Shown: piece after piece, positions 8,380-18,806 of the stretch
Numbering within the stretch: the first letter of the stretch is position 1
Layout of the letters: every line of letters begins with the position of its first letter
Source: an uncultured Acidobacteriota bacterium
GTDB lineage: Bacteria; Acidobacteriota; Terriglobia; Acidiferrales; UBA7541
DNA length: 64,000 bases
Direction: 5' to 3'
NCBI GenBank assembly: GCA_963810565.1
Contig: CAWENN010000001.1
Coordinates: forward strand, 64,666 to 128,665
Translations under genes and position numbers: made by a program
Notes under the pieces: model-generated
Told to the model about the DNA's origin: nothing
The model's database searches: none
The model's input: only the letters and a program-made list of their open reading frames with translations

Positions 8380-10806
8380 GTGTTTGAACGCTATACAGAG
8401 AAAGCTAGGCGCGTAATATTTTTCGCACGGTATGAGGCCAGCCAGTACGGCAGCCCGTACATCGAGACGGAGCATTTGCTGCTGGGCTTGCTGCGCGAAG
8501 ACAAGGCGCTGGCCAACCGTTTCCTGCGTTCGCACGGCTCGATCGAATCCATCCGCAAGGAAATCGAGGCGCGCATCACGGTTCGCGAGCGCATCTCGAC
8601 TTCGGTGGAAGTTCCGCTGAGCCAGGAATGCAAGCGCATCCTGAACTTCGCGGCCGAGGAAGCGGAGCGTCTGGGCCACAAGCACGTCGGCACGGAACAT
8701 CTGTTACTGGGAGTGCTGCGCGAGGAGAAATCCTTCGGCGCGGAGATCTTGTTGGAGCGGGGATTGCGGCTTTCAACCGTGCGCGAGGAGTTGGGACGCA
8801 GCGCGGGAGAGAAGGTGCCAGTGAACCGGCCAAAAGAAGCTTCGCTGTTAGCAGAATTCAGCCGTGATTTGACGCAGGCGGCGATGGAAGGCCAACTCGA
8901 TCCGCTGGTAGGACGAGACCGCGAACTTGAGCGCGCGATTCAGATCCTGTGCCGGCGCACGAAGAATAATCCCGTGTTGATTGGCGAGCCCGGCGTCGGC
9001 AAGACGGCGATTGTCGAGGGTCTCGCGCAACGAATCTCCGATGGCGACGTGCCGCCGTTTCTTGCGGACAAGCGGATTTTGTCGCTGGACCTGTCTCTAA
9101 TTGTCGCCGGTACGAAATACCGCGGCCAGTTTGAAGAGCGGCTGAAGACCATCATGAAGGAATTGATGGAGAGCCAGAATGCGATCGTCTTCATTGATGA
9201 ATTGCATACGCTGGTGGGTGCGGGTTCGGCGGAAGGCTCTTTGGACGCCGCCAATATCTTGAAGCCCGCGCTGAGCCGCGGTGAAATTCAGTGCATCGGG
9301 GCGACTACTCCTGGCGAATATCGCAAATCGGTGGAGAAGGACCGTTCACTCGAGCGACGCTTCCAGGCTGTAAAGGTTTCCGCCCCCAACGAAGAGGAAG
9401 CGATTCGCGTGCTGCAAGGCGTGCGCGACCGCTACGAAAAGTTCCATGCCGTGAGTTACACCGACGAAGCCATCCAATACGCGGTGTACCTCTCGAACCG
9501 GTACATTCCGGACCGTTTCTTGCCGGACAAGGCAATCGACCTACTTGATGAAGCCGGTTCGCGCGTGAAGCTGCGCCAAGCGATGCTGCCGGATGAAGTT
9601 TCCGAAGTGCAGAAGCGCGTGAAATTCATCACGCACCGCATGGAAACGGCGATCGCCAATCACGAATTCGAGAAGGCGCGTTTCTATTCCGAAGAGGAGC
9701 GCAAAGAAAAGGAACACCTGCGCCTGCTGCGCGAAAAGTTGAAGATTGATGATTCTTCCACGGGCGTTGTCACCCGCGAAGACATCGAGGAAGTCGTGGC
9801 GCGTTGGACCGGCATTCAGGTCTCCGCGATCAAGGAAGACGAGCAGCAGAAATTGCTGCGCATCGAAGAAGAATTGCACCGCCGCGTCATCAGCCAGGAC
9901 AAATCAATCACGGCATTGGCCCGCGCGATTCGACGCAGCCGCGCGGGATTAAAAGCTCCGGGACGTCCGGTGGGCTGCTTCCTGTTCCTCGGCCCAACGG
10001 GCGTCGGCAAGACGGAAGTGGCACGTCGTTTGGCCGAGTTCCTCTTCGGCAGCGAAAAATCGCTGATCCGCTTCGACATGTCCGAGTACATGGAAAAACA
10101 TTCCGTGTCGAAATTGATCGGCGCGCCCCCAGGATATGTCGGGTATGAAGAAGGTGGTCAATTGACGGAGCGCGTGCGCCGCACGCCGTACTCGGTTATT
10201 TTGCTGGATGAGATTGAAAAAGCTCACCCAGACGTGTACAACATCCTGCTGCAAGTCTTTGAAGATGGGCAGTTGACGGACGGGCTCGGCAACACGGTGG
10301 ATTTCCGCAACACCATTATCATCCTCACGTCAAATCTGGGAGCGCGGCAATTGCAGAAGCAAAGCGGCCTGGGTTTTGCGTCGAAGGAACTGGACGCGAT
10401 GGCCAAGAGCCAGGATGACATGGTGATGAGCGAGGTAAAACGGGTGTTCAATCCCGAATTCCTCAATCGTCTCGATGAAGTGATTTTGTTCAATTCACTC
10501 ACGGACGACGACCTACTGCGGATTATTGACTTGCTCGTGGGCCAGATCAACGAAACGCTGGTGCATCGCCAGGTGCAAATTGCAATGACGCCTGAGGCGC
10601 GCCAGTGGATCCTCGAGAAGACCTGCAGCGATCGAAATTATGGCGCGCGGCCGCTCCGGCGCGCGTTACAGAAGTACGTCGAAGACCCATTGTCGGAAGC
10701 TTTGATTCAGGGAGGATTGCAACGCCCCGCCACTCTCGAAATTTATCTCGGGAGCGAAGGCCTTGCGTTCCGACCTGTCGTAGAAGCAACCCCAGTGGCC
10801 CACTAG
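8380..10806 (+). CDS. clpC: ATP-dependent Clp protease ATP-binding subunit ClpC
   Basis: 808 aa with duplicated Clp N repeats ([24 protein letters not shown]), two AAA+ modules ([18 protein letters not shown]) and a UVR-like linker ([13 protein letters not shown]). GTG start 3 nt after the lolD stop. Confidence 0.9.
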   Translation: MFERYTEKARRVIFFARYEASQYGSPYIETEHLLLGLLREDKALANRFLRSHGSIESIRKEIEARITVRERISTSVEVPLSQECKRILNFAAEEAERLGHKHVGTEHLLLGVLREEKSFGAEILLERGLRLSTVREELGRSAGEKVPVNRPKEASLLAEFSRDLTQAAMEGQLDPLVGRDRELERAIQILCRRTKNNPVLIGEPGVGKTAIVEGLAQRISDGDVPPFLADKRILSLDLSLIVAGTKYRGQFEERLKTIMKELMESQNAIVFIDELHTLVGAGSAEGSLDAANILKPALSRGEIQCIGATTPGEYRKSVEKDRSLERRFQAVKVSAPNEEEAIRVLQGVRDRYEKFHAVSYTDEAIQYAVYLSNRYIPDRFLPDKAIDLLDEAGSRVKLRQAMLPDEVSEVQKRVKFITHRMETAIANHEFEKARFYSEEERKEKEHLRLLREKLKIDDSSTGVVTREDIEEVVARWTGIQVSAIKEDEQQKLLRIEEELHRRVISQDKSITALARAIRRSRAGLKAPGRPVGCFLFLGPTGVGKTEVARRLAEFLFGSEKSLIRFDMSEYMEKHSVSKLIGAPPGYVGYEEGGQLTERVRRTPYSVILLDEIEKAHPDVYNILLQVFEDGQLTDGLGNTVDFRNTIIILTSNLGARQLQKQSGLGFASKELDAMAKSQDDMVMSEVKRVFNPEFLNRLDEVILFNSLTDDDLLRIIDLLVGQINETLVHRQVQIAMTPEARQWILEKTCSDRNYGARPLRRALQKYVEDPLSEALIQGGLQRPATLEIYLGSEGLAFRPVVEATPVAH

Positions 10807-10884
10807 GAATCCTACGCGCAAGCCGGGCGGGAGCGGTCCGGCGAGGGAGCACATAATCTTGGGCGGGATACTGCGGCCTTGACC

Positions 10885-13767
10885 ATGGCCGCTTGCAGGA
10901 AAATTTTTCTGCGTTTATTCCAAGTTCTCGCCGGTGTGTCTTTGTTCGCGTATCCCTTCGCGCAAATCGTTGTGGCTCAACAGTCTCAGGGCGGTCAAGA
11001 AGGCAACGGCCCCCAATACGTGATCGAAAGAATTGAGTTTGTGGGCAACCGGCGCATCCAACGGGACACGCTTTTGGCCCGGATTTTCTCGCGTCCGGGC
11101 GATCCCTACAACGAAGAGGCAGTGCGGCGCGATTTTCAGGCGCTGTGGAACACGCAATTCTTCGAGGATATTCGCCTGGAAGTGGAAGATAGTCCCGACC
11201 AGCCTAACGCGAAAATTCTCGTCTTTTATGTGCAAGAGCGCCCGATCATTCGGCGCATCGAGTACAAGGGCAACAAATCCATTACCGAGTCGGACATTCT
11301 GGACGCCTTCAAGGATAAGAAGGTGGGGCTCTCGGTGGAAAGCCAGTTCGACCCAACCAAGATCAAACGCGCCGAGGTGGTGATTAAGGAACTGCTCGCC
11401 GAGCACGGGCGGCAGTTTGCGACCGTGAAACCCACCTATGAACGCATCGCCGCCACCAACGCCGTGAAACTGGTCTTCAATATTGATGAAGGGCCGAAGG
11501 TAAAGGTGGGGGACATCAAATTCGTGGGCGCGAAAGTTTTTTCCGACCGCAAACTGATCCGCTCGATGCGCAATGACCGCCCTTATGCGATTCCCCTATA
11601 CATCACTGAAATTCCGGTGCTTAGCAAGACCTACGACAAAGCCAAATTGGACGAAGACTTGGGAGTCGGCATTCACGGCCTCTATCAAGATCACGGATAT
11701 TTCAAGATGTCCACGGCCGATCCTGTGATCAAGATTAGCAACGACGTTCGCAGCGGGATTCCCGGTCCGTGGCCGATGATCGGTTCGAAGAACGGCAAGC
11801 GCGCGGATATTACCATCACCATTGATGAAGGCGAGCAGTACCGGATGGGCAAGCTGAATTTCCGCAGCGCCGATCCCGATCAGGGGCTGGTATTCAAACC
11901 CGAATTCCTCGCCAGCGCTTTTCCGCTGAAGCAGGGCGACGTTTTCGCGGCCGACAAGATCCGTAAAGCTCTCGATAACTACAAGAAGCTTTACGGCGGC
12001 TTCGGGTACATTGATTTCGTGGCTACTCCGCTGACGGACATTGACGACCAGAAAAAAATCGTCAATCTGACGATGGAATTCGACCAGCAGAAGCAATATT
12101 TCGTGCGGCGCATCGAGTTTTCCGGAAATACCACGACGCGCGATAAAGTAATCCGCCGCGAGTTGCTGCTCGATGAAGGCCAAGTTTTCGATAATCGGCG
12201 CTGGGAACTCAGCTTGCTGCGTTTAAACCAGCTGAATTATTTCGACACGATCAAGCCGGAAAACGCCGAGCTGAAGCGCAACGTGAAGGCCGGCACTGTG
12301 GACATCAAGCTGAAGCTCAAAGAAAAGGGCAAGCAATCCATCAGCTTCAATGGCGGCGTGAGCGGCATCGCCGGCACGTTCATCGGCGGTTCGTATACCA
12401 CCAACAATTTCCTGGGCCTCGGCGAAACTCTGTCGCTTTCCGCGCAAATCGGCAGCTTCCAGCGCGACATTCGCTTCGGCTTTACGGAGCCATATCTTTT
12501 CGACCGGCCGATTTCGACCGGCTTCACGATTTTTTCCACCAAGTTCGACTATAACCAGGCCAAACAGTTGGGTATTTTCTACGGCCAGCAGGTCGCCCTG
12601 AACCCCGCGTTGGAAGAAAACTACACGACCAACACGAAGGGCATGACGGTATTCGCGAGCTATCCTCTGCGGAAGTTCTCCTTTACGCGCGTTGGCGTGA
12701 CCTACGGCTACTCCACCACGAACATCCAGACGTTCAGCACTTCGGCGCAATTACTGTTTGAGAGCATTCAGTTCACCGGCTTAGCGGGGCCGTCGGCGCT
12801 AAACGGTATCGTCTCCAGCAAAATCACGCCGACGATTTCGTATAGCTCGGTGAATAATCCGCAAAACCCGACCAACGGCAAGAGTTTCTATTATGGATTT
12901 TCGCTGGAGGGCGGTCCGTTGCAGGGGAACGTCAACACCATCACGAATTCGTTTGTGATGACGTACTTCCATCCCGTAAATAAGCGGCGCAACGTCATCG
13001 GATTCAAATACCAAACCGGGATGATCACTGGATATGGCGGAAAAAATATTCCACCGTACAGCCGGTTCTACCTGGGCGGCGAAAATGACGTACGCGGCTT
13101 CGACTTCTATACGATTGCGCCGTTCGTAGAGATTCCCTACGCCACCAGCCAGACCGTGGAATTTTATAATCCCACGGTTCTTAACCAACAGGGCCGGCCC
13201 ACCCTGCAAGCGATTAACGTGCCGATGATCCAGTTCTATCCCACGCGGCCGGGCGGCGATTTTCAGAACGTCGCGAACTTCGAATACCGGATTCCGATCG
13301 CGGGACCCGTCACGGTTTCGCTCTTCAACGACATTGGCGTCAACGGAATTCTGCGCAAATCGCAGCTCGCGCTGGATCCGGCGGCAGTTACGGTCTATCA
13401 ACAGCAGTATCCAAATCCGGACTTCCCGAATTTGAAGGTAGCCAGCAATCTTCCGATCGTCGGAGGAACGAATTTCCGGCCGCACACTTCGGCGGGAGTC
13501 GAATTGGACGTGGTGCTGCCGATCGTCAACGCGCCCTTCCGCATTTATTACGCCTACAACTATTTGCGGCTGAATGAGACGATTAACGGCTTGAGCGGCG
13601 GTTATTATCTAAGTGACGCGCTCAAGAATGCGCTGCCCCCGGGCGTGCTGCAGACACAGATCGCTCCGGAGCTGCAGACAATTATCGGCGCCAATACCCA
13701 GCATATCCCAGCGAATTTGCTGGAGCCGCAGCATACCTTCCGCTTCACGGTAGGTAAGACGTTCTAG
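10885..13767 (+). CDS. bamA: outer membrane protein assembly factor BamA
   Basis: POTRA repeats (IERIEFVGNRRI, IRRIEYKGNKSI, VGDIKFVGAKVF, RRIEFSGNTTTRD) followed by an Omp85 barrel ending FRFTVGKTF. ATG 10885 is preferred over TTG 10879. Confidence 0.9.
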   Translation: MAACRKIFLRLFQVLAGVSLFAYPFAQIVVAQQSQGGQEGNGPQYVIERIEFVGNRRIQRDTLLARIFSRPGDPYNEEAVRRDFQALWNTQFFEDIRLEVEDSPDQPNAKILVFYVQERPIIRRIEYKGNKSITESDILDAFKDKKVGLSVESQFDPTKIKRAEVVIKELLAEHGRQFATVKPTYERIAATNAVKLVFNIDEGPKVKVGDIKFVGAKVFSDRKLIRSMRNDRPYAIPLYITEIPVLSKTYDKAKLDEDLGVGIHGLYQDHGYFKMSTADPVIKISNDVRSGIPGPWPMIGSKNGKRADITITIDEGEQYRMGKLNFRSADPDQGLVFKPEFLASAFPLKQGDVFAADKIRKALDNYKKLYGGFGYIDFVATPLTDIDDQKKIVNLTMEFDQQKQYFVRRIEFSGNTTTRDKVIRRELLLDEGQVFDNRRWELSLLRLNQLNYFDTIKPENAELKRNVKAGTVDIKLKLKEKGKQSISFNGGVSGIAGTFIGGSYTTNNFLGLGETLSLSAQIGSFQRDIRFGFTEPYLFDRPISTGFTIFSTKFDYNQAKQLGIFYGQQVALNPALEENYTTNTKGMTVFASYPLRKFSFTRVGVTYGYSTTNIQTFSTSAQLLFESIQFTGLAGPSALNGIVSSKITPTISYSSVNNPQNPTNGKSFYYGFSLEGGPLQGNVNTITNSFVMTYFHPVNKRRNVIGFKYQTGMITGYGGKNIPPYSRFYLGGENDVRGFDFYTIAPFVEIPYATSQTVEFYNPTVLNQQGRPTLQAINVPMIQFYPTRPGGDFQNVANFEYRIPIAGPVTVSLFNDIGVNGILRKSQLALDPAAVTVYQQQYPNPDFPNLKVASNLPIVGGTNFRPHTSAGVELDVVLPIVNAPFRIYYAYNYLRLNETINGLSGGYYLSDALKNALPPGVLQTQIAPELQTIIGANTQHIPANLLEPQHTFRFTVGKTF

Positions 13768-13868
13768 CGAATCGCACGATCGAATCGAAAGCGGTACGGC
13801 CACGCATTACAGACGGCGCGGTGAAAGTTTCCCGGCGCGTTACGATTTCAGCAGAGAGGGTGGAAGAA

Positions 13869-16800
13869 ATGGGCAACAAGCTTTGGCAGTGGGGCGCGGC
13901 GATGTTGGCGGTTTGCGTGTTGGCGGTATTGTCTGGCTGCGGCGGAAATTCCACCCCGGTGGGCGTTACGGTCAGCCCCACCACTCCGGCGATTCCGCTG
14001 GGCACGCAGTTTCAGTTCCAGGCAACCGTCACAGGCTCGGCAACCACGACGGTGACGTGGCAAATTTGCCTGCCTCCGACTCCGACGAACGTGCAGCCGA
14101 CCACGTGCAGCCCTGCTGCTGTGGGCCAAACGCAATTGCCGAGCGGCTACGGCACGATCACCACGGGACAAAACAACGCTGCAGGCGGACTTTACACGGC
14201 GCCGAGCGTCATCCCCTCCGTGAATCCGTTCCTGGTGGTGGCCACCAGTACAGTGGACACGACGGCATTCGGCACCGCGACGGTAATGCTGCGCACCGGC
14301 GCCGAGGTACACATTACCCCGAACACCGCGACGATAGCTGCGGGCGATCACTTCCAATTCACCGCGAATGTCACGGGCACGACGAATACGAATGTCACGT
14401 GGGAAGTGGGGGGAGCAGCGGGAGGCACGGCCGCGGACGGCTACATCTGCCCCAGTTCGCAGATCACGGTGCCGTGCACCGCAGGCGAATATTTCGCGCC
14501 AGCGACCGGGGCTGCAGGCTCCGAAACGATTACTGCGGTTTCGGCGTTCGATCCGTCGGTAATTGGAACCGCTACTGTAACCATTGCATCCTCGGATGCT
14601 CCGACGCTCACCTCTTTGACGCCGAATACCGTGGGCGAAGGGTCGCGGCAGCAAGACGTCTATCTTGCCGGAACAAATTTCAATTCGAATGACGTGGTGA
14701 TGGTGGGGAACCCGCCTGTTGCTGTTCCCACGATCTTCATTACCGCCAGCTCGTTGCGCGCCACAATTCCGGCAGGGCCGTTGTCGGTCGCCGGACTCGT
14801 GCGGCTGGTCGTCCAGGCGCAGAACGGGGACGTCTCGGGCAGCCTCGCGGGACCGCAGGGTTTGACGGTGGTGCCGTCGCGTCCGGCCGTGGTCGCAGTT
14901 ACTCCGGACACGCTCGTGTCGGGCGGGACGAGCCTGGGCGTAAATCTCGTGGGCGGATATTTTTCGTCGCAAACCACCGTGCAATGTAGTGGCTCGAGCG
15001 CACCGGCGACGCTGACGAGCGGCCAACAGTTGACTGTGACAGTTCCCGCCTCTTGCATACCTTCACCAGGACTCTATCCGCTCGTTGTACGAAACAATGA
15101 CGTCGTAGCGCCGAATCCGGGCATGTCCGCGATCAATATCGCCGTCGAGCCTGGACCAGGCGATATCGCTACCGGTGTAGCGTCGAGCTTTGGCGTCGGG
15201 GCTTCGCCGCAAGCGATCGCGATTGACCCGTCGTTGAACGTGGCGGTGGTGGCGAATACCGGCGGCAATTCGGTGAGCATCATAAACCTCGCGTCGAATA
15301 CGCAAGTCGCGGGCTCGCCTGTTGCATTGGGCAGTGCGCCCACCGGTGTGGCGATTGACGATCAAGTCACCACGTCCATCGGGACGTTGGGCGATCACAT
15401 CGCTGCCGTAACAAATAGCCTCGATAACACGGTGTCCGTGATTGACCTCACGACTTTGGCCGTTACCACACTGCCGCTGCCCAATAACAATACTCCGCCA
15501 AATCCGCAACCGGTTCCGTATGCAATCGGGATCAACCCGCTCACGCATCGCGGGCTGGTGGCGTTTCAATCCACGAATTATGCGGTGGTTCTGGATTTTT
15601 CAGGCGGAGTTCCAACCGTCGTCCAGACGGTGAGCGGAGTTGTCGCGAGCATCGGCACGGGCTTGAATCCGCAGGTAGCGATTGACCCGAAACTGAACTG
15701 GGCGATTAGCACGCCCGGTGGTGCCGGCGCGATCAGCATTGTGGATCTGGGGCACAATCCCGGCGTCGGTGCGAATTCAACGGACCTGGCGCGTTCGCCG
15801 CTGCTTATCGGGAACGTCCTGGTCTCAACCTCGATGCGCGGCATTGGCATCAACACGGAAACGCATCAAGCGCTGCTAGCCGATCCGGATGGCCCGATTG
15901 ACACGCCGAGCCCGGAGCCCAGCCTTTCGACTTTCAGCCTGTTGAATGGAGGGGTAAGCACCACGTCCTTCACTTTGCCGGGCGGAGCTACATTTTCGCC
16001 GACGGGGTTGGTCGCAGCGGCGGTGAACCCGCTTGCGAATATCGGAATTGCGGTGAACGCCGCAGCGAATAACGGGTACGTGGTGGATTTGAAGAACGCG
16101 GTCGTGCTGCAGACAATCGCAGGTTTCAACTCGCCGCAAGCCGTGGCAGTGAATCCGGCGACGAATACGGCGTACGTCGTCAATCAAGGCAACAACTCCG
16201 TATCCGTGGTGCCCTTGGCCACCACGACGCCCAATCCGCTGCAGATTGTGGAGTCCAGTCCGGCAATCACTTACGCGCAGAACCCGGCGGCTGGAATTAC
16301 TTTGTCCGTCATCGGCTCGGGCTTTACCGGCAGCTCGCAGGTAGTGCTCGATGGCACCGCAGTGCCCACCACTCTCGTCAGCAGCCGCCACGTGACGGCC
16401 GCAATTGCGGCCGCGAGTTTAGCGACGGCGCGGCGCTACGTCGTTTACGTCCAAAATGGAACGGCGGTTTCGAACGTCACCAGCCTGACTGTGATCCAGC
16501 CGGTGACCGTGGGTTCGACTCCCGTGGGCGTGGCAGTGGATTCCAATCTCGATCAGGCGGTGGTGACGAACTCCGGGAGCGGGACGATTTCTTTGGTGAA
16601 CCTGCTGAATGGTACGCTGATAACCCCGCAATCTCCGAGCTTCTTCAATACCGGGACAACTCCATACGGCGTAGCGATTCTCGGACGAACGGGGCAAGCG
16701 GTCGTCGCGAATAACGGGAGCAACGACGTGACGGTGCTCGACGAGAAGGGCCTGAACGGGGTGTTCAATAGTCCCATCACGCTTCCGATTGCAGGAGGCA

Positions 16801-17531
16801 CCCAGCCTATCGGAGTGGCGATTAATTCGGACTCCGGCCTCGCAGCAGTCACCAACACGATTCCTCCCGGTCCCAACGATAACCCTCCTGCGAATGAAGG
16901 AGGTCTTGGGACTTTTATTGTTGCCGGTGCCACTACGGCGACCGAGGTAGCCAACGGATCGCCGATTGATTATCAGCCCCTTGCTGTGGCCATTGATCCG
17001 GCGCCAAACAATGATCCGTCTCAAAATGTTGGCGCGGTTACGATCGGCTCGCAAACGAGCGCCATCGATCTGCTGGTACTTCCTGGCGGGGCTGTGCCGA
17101 TACCGCCGGTGAGTGGCCTGCAACTTCCGACAGGCGTCATCTTTGACGCGGCGAACCAGGATTTCCTGGCGGTGGATAGCTTGCTGAACGACCTGTTGAT
17201 CGTGGATCCGTTGACGGGCCAGGTGCTGGGAGTGGTCTTCACCGGTATCAACCCGACTTCGCTCGATTACAATTTCAATTCCAGCACAGTGGTTACGTCG
17301 AATGCGGCCAGTACTACGCTTTCGATCCTGGACTACGTGTGTCCGCCGAATCCTAACGGGGCGACGAGCTGCCCAACGCCGCAAGTTCGCGACGTTATAG
17401 ACGTCGGCGGCACGAATCCATCGTCGGAGGTGATTGGCCCGAACGCGGTGGCCATTGATTCGCGGCTGAACCTGGCGGTGCAAGTGGATCAGACCAACAA
17501 TCGAGTATTGCTGGTGCCCCTGCCGCAGTAG
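13869..17531 (+). CDS. giant lipoprotein: Ig-like + IPT/TIG domains and two YVTN-type beta-propellers
   Basis: ATG 13869 gives the lipoprotein signal MGNKLWQWGAAMLAVCVLAVLSGC. Then come two Big_2-like Ig modules, two IPT-like modules and propeller repeats (GNSVSIINL, DNTVSVIDL, GNNSVSVVPL). Another IPT-like module and a second propeller follow (GTISLVNL, SNDVTVLD, NNRVLLVPL). Confidence 0.8.
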   Translation: MGNKLWQWGAAMLAVCVLAVLSGCGGNSTPVGVTVSPTTPAIPLGTQFQFQATVTGSATTTVTWQICLPPTPTNVQPTTCSPAAVGQTQLPSGYGTITTGQNNAAGGLYTAPSVIPSVNPFLVVATSTVDTTAFGTATVMLRTGAEVHITPNTATIAAGDHFQFTANVTGTTNTNVTWEVGGAAGGTAADGYICPSSQITVPCTAGEYFAPATGAAGSETITAVSAFDPSVIGTATVTIASSDAPTLTSLTPNTVGEGSRQQDVYLAGTNFNSNDVVMVGNPPVAVPTIFITASSLRATIPAGPLSVAGLVRLVVQAQNGDVSGSLAGPQGLTVVPSRPAVVAVTPDTLVSGGTSLGVNLVGGYFSSQTTVQCSGSSAPATLTSGQQLTVTVPASCIPSPGLYPLVVRNNDVVAPNPGMSAINIAVEPGPGDIATGVASSFGVGASPQAIAIDPSLNVAVVANTGGNSVSIINLASNTQVAGSPVALGSAPTGVAIDDQVTTSIGTLGDHIAAVTNSLDNTVSVIDLTTLAVTTLPLPNNNTPPNPQPVPYAIGINPLTHRGLVAFQSTNYAVVLDFSGGVPTVVQTVSGVVASIGTGLNPQVAIDPKLNWAISTPGGAGAISIVDLGHNPGVGANSTDLARSPLLIGNVLVSTSMRGIGINTETHQALLADPDGPIDTPSPEPSLSTFSLLNGGVSTTSFTLPGGATFSPTGLVAAAVNPLANIGIAVNAAANNGYVVDLKNAVVLQTIAGFNSPQAVAVNPATNTAYVVNQGNNSVSVVPLATTTPNPLQIVESSPAITYAQNPAAGITLSVIGSGFTGSSQVVLDGTAVPTTLVSSRHVTAAIAAASLATARRYVVYVQNGTAVSNVTSLTVIQPVTVGSTPVGVAVDSNLDQAVVTNSGSGTISLVNLLNGTLITPQSPSFFNTGTTPYGVAILGRTGQAVVANNGSNDVTVLDEKGLNGVFNSPITLPIAGGTQPIGVAINSDSGLAAVTNTIPPGPNDNPPANEGGLGTFIVAGATTATEVANGSPIDYQPLAVAIDPAPNNDPSQNVGAVTIGSQTSAIDLLVLPGGAVPIPPVSGLQLPTGVIFDAANQDFLAVDSLLNDLLIVDPLTGQVLGVVFTGINPTSLDYNFNSSTVVTSNAASTTLSILDYVCPPNPNGATSCPTPQVRDVIDVGGTNPSSEVIGPNAVAIDSRLNLAVQVDQTNNRVLLVPLPQ

Positions 17532-17667
17532 GCGAAACAATTCGGGCGGGAGCAGACCTAAGCGTGCTGCGGAGCGCCGGTCGCAGGGCCAACCATGCGT
17601 CGCGGCAGGGCATCACAAAGTGGCCGTCACATCAGCCCTTTTGTGGCGCGATGCTGGCCGAAAGCGA

Positions 17668-17697
17668 TTGACCTGTTTCTCGGGCGACAGCTATAAT
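17668..17697 (+). promoter_or_regulatory. sigma-70-type promoter for skp (TTGACC-N18-TATAAT)
   Basis: -35 TTGACC at 17668-17673 and perfect -10 TATAAT at 17692-17697, about 95 nt upstream of the skp ATG. Confidence 0.55.
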
Positions 17698-17791
17698 CTC
17701 CGATTTGTGTTTGGCGATTTTTGATCTGCGGTATGCGCTGCGAGATTTTGGGAATCATGTTCCGAAAGACTATCTACTTTAAGGAGTGAGA

Positions 17792-18412
17792 ATGAAGATT
17801 CGATTGGCAATTCCAGCCCTGGCGGCGTTCCTGATGGTTCCCGCAGTGTGGGCGCAGACGGGCGGCGCGGCAGCAGCGGTTGCGGCTAAGGTAGGCGTCA
17901 TTGATGTGCAGGTAGCGATCACCAGCACGGCGGAAGGCAAGCAGGCTGCCGCTGAACTGCAATCGCAGTTTGCCCCGCGGCAGACCGAGCTGACCAACAT
18001 GCAGAAGCAGATGGAGGATATTCAGACGCGTATGCGCACCGGGCAGACCACGCTCAGCGACGACGAAAAAGCACGGCTCGATCGCGAAGGGCAGCAGTTA
18101 CAGCGTTCGTATCAACGTAAGTCGCAGGATGCACAGGACGATTTCAACGAGGCACAGCGCGAGATCGTGGACCGCATTGGCCGCAAGATGATTGATGTGC
18201 TGAGCAAATATTCGCGTGAAAACGGCTACACCGTAATTCTGGATCGCTCCGGGCAAAGCTCGCCGGTGATTTTCGCCGCGAACTCGGTGGACGTCACGCA
18301 GGAAATCATCCGTCTCTACGACCAAACTTATCCGGTGAAGACGGGAGCGACGAGCCGGCCGCCCGCGCAGCAGCGCGCTCCGGCGCCTAAACCACAAGCG
18401 CCGCAACAGTAA
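17792..18412 (+). CDS. skp: periplasmic chaperone Skp/OmpH
   Basis: Signal peptide, VGVIDVQ, a long coiled-coil region and YTVILDRS. AAGGAG sits 5 nt before ATG 17792; the track start GTG 17786 lies inside the SD. Confidence 0.85.
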   Translation: MKIRLAIPALAAFLMVPAVWAQTGGAAAAVAAKVGVIDVQVAITSTAEGKQAAAELQSQFAPRQTELTNMQKQMEDIQTRMRTGQTTLSDDEKARLDREGQQLQRSYQRKSQDAQDDFNEAQREIVDRIGRKMIDVLSKYSRENGYTVILDRSGQSSPVIFAANSVDVTQEIIRLYDQTYPVKTGATSRPPAQQRAPAPKPQAPQQ

Positions 18413-18457
18413 TCCCTCGACGCAGCCGAAGTTGGCTGCGGCCCGAAAGTCACCTGC

Positions 18458-18497
18458 GGGCCTCTCGGTGTAAGGCCGGGAGGCCCTTTCTATTGTT
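18458..18497 (+). terminator. possible weak terminator hairpin after skp
   Basis: GGGCCTC (18458-18464) pairs with GAGGCCC (18480-18486), followed by TTTCTATTGTT. The loop is long and the T tract is interrupted. Confidence 0.3.
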
Positions 18498-18559
18498 CGG
18501 CGACCGCCGGCCATTTCGGACCCTATTCCGCGAGGTTCTTTGCGCGTAGTGACGTGGTC

Positions 18560-18588
18560 TTGCCTTTTTTCGCCATAGAAATTATACT
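18560..18588 (+). promoter_or_regulatory. sigma-70-type promoter in rimP-nusA leader (TTGCCT-N17-TATACT)
   Basis: -35 TTGCCT at 18560-18565, a 17-nt spacer and -10 TATACT at 18583-18588, about 220 nt upstream of rimP. Confidence 0.5.
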
Positions 18589-18618
18589 GAGTTGCTTCCA
18601 GACAGGTCGCATGAACCA

Positions 18619-18640
18619 GTGGGCGCGAGCCCACTTTTTT
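18619..18640 (+). terminator. intrinsic terminator / attenuator about 30 nt downstream of the leader promoter
   Basis: GTGGGC-GCGA-GCCCAC hairpin with a GNRA loop, followed by TTTTTT (18635-18640). It lies 167 nt before the rimP ATG. Confidence 0.65.
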
Positions 18641-18806
18641 GTTGGGCGCGACAAATGGCGGAGCGCCGCAGCGTCGTTGCTAAGGGTGCCTGCATACGAT
18701 GCGCTAGTACTGCTGGAACGCGGGTTAAAATGGAAGTGGAGGGACTCGGGTCGGACGGCACCCGGCTCCGCTCTGGTGGCCAGCTAAATATCGCCGTTAG
18801 AACAGA

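Noticed and set aside
13848-17540. Long minus-strand ORFs (13848-15026, 392 aa; 16419-17540, 373 aa; others) antisense to the giant lipoprotein gene
   Set aside because: They are Arg/His/Gly-rich nonsense-like translations lying fully inside a strongly supported plus-strand gene. This is a typical stop-poor antisense frame of GC-rich DNA.
18641-18806. Possible initiator tRNA (metY) upstream of rimP, as in E. coli
   Set aside because: I saw no cloverleaf-compatible sequence and no T-loop (GTTCRANYC) or acceptor pairing.
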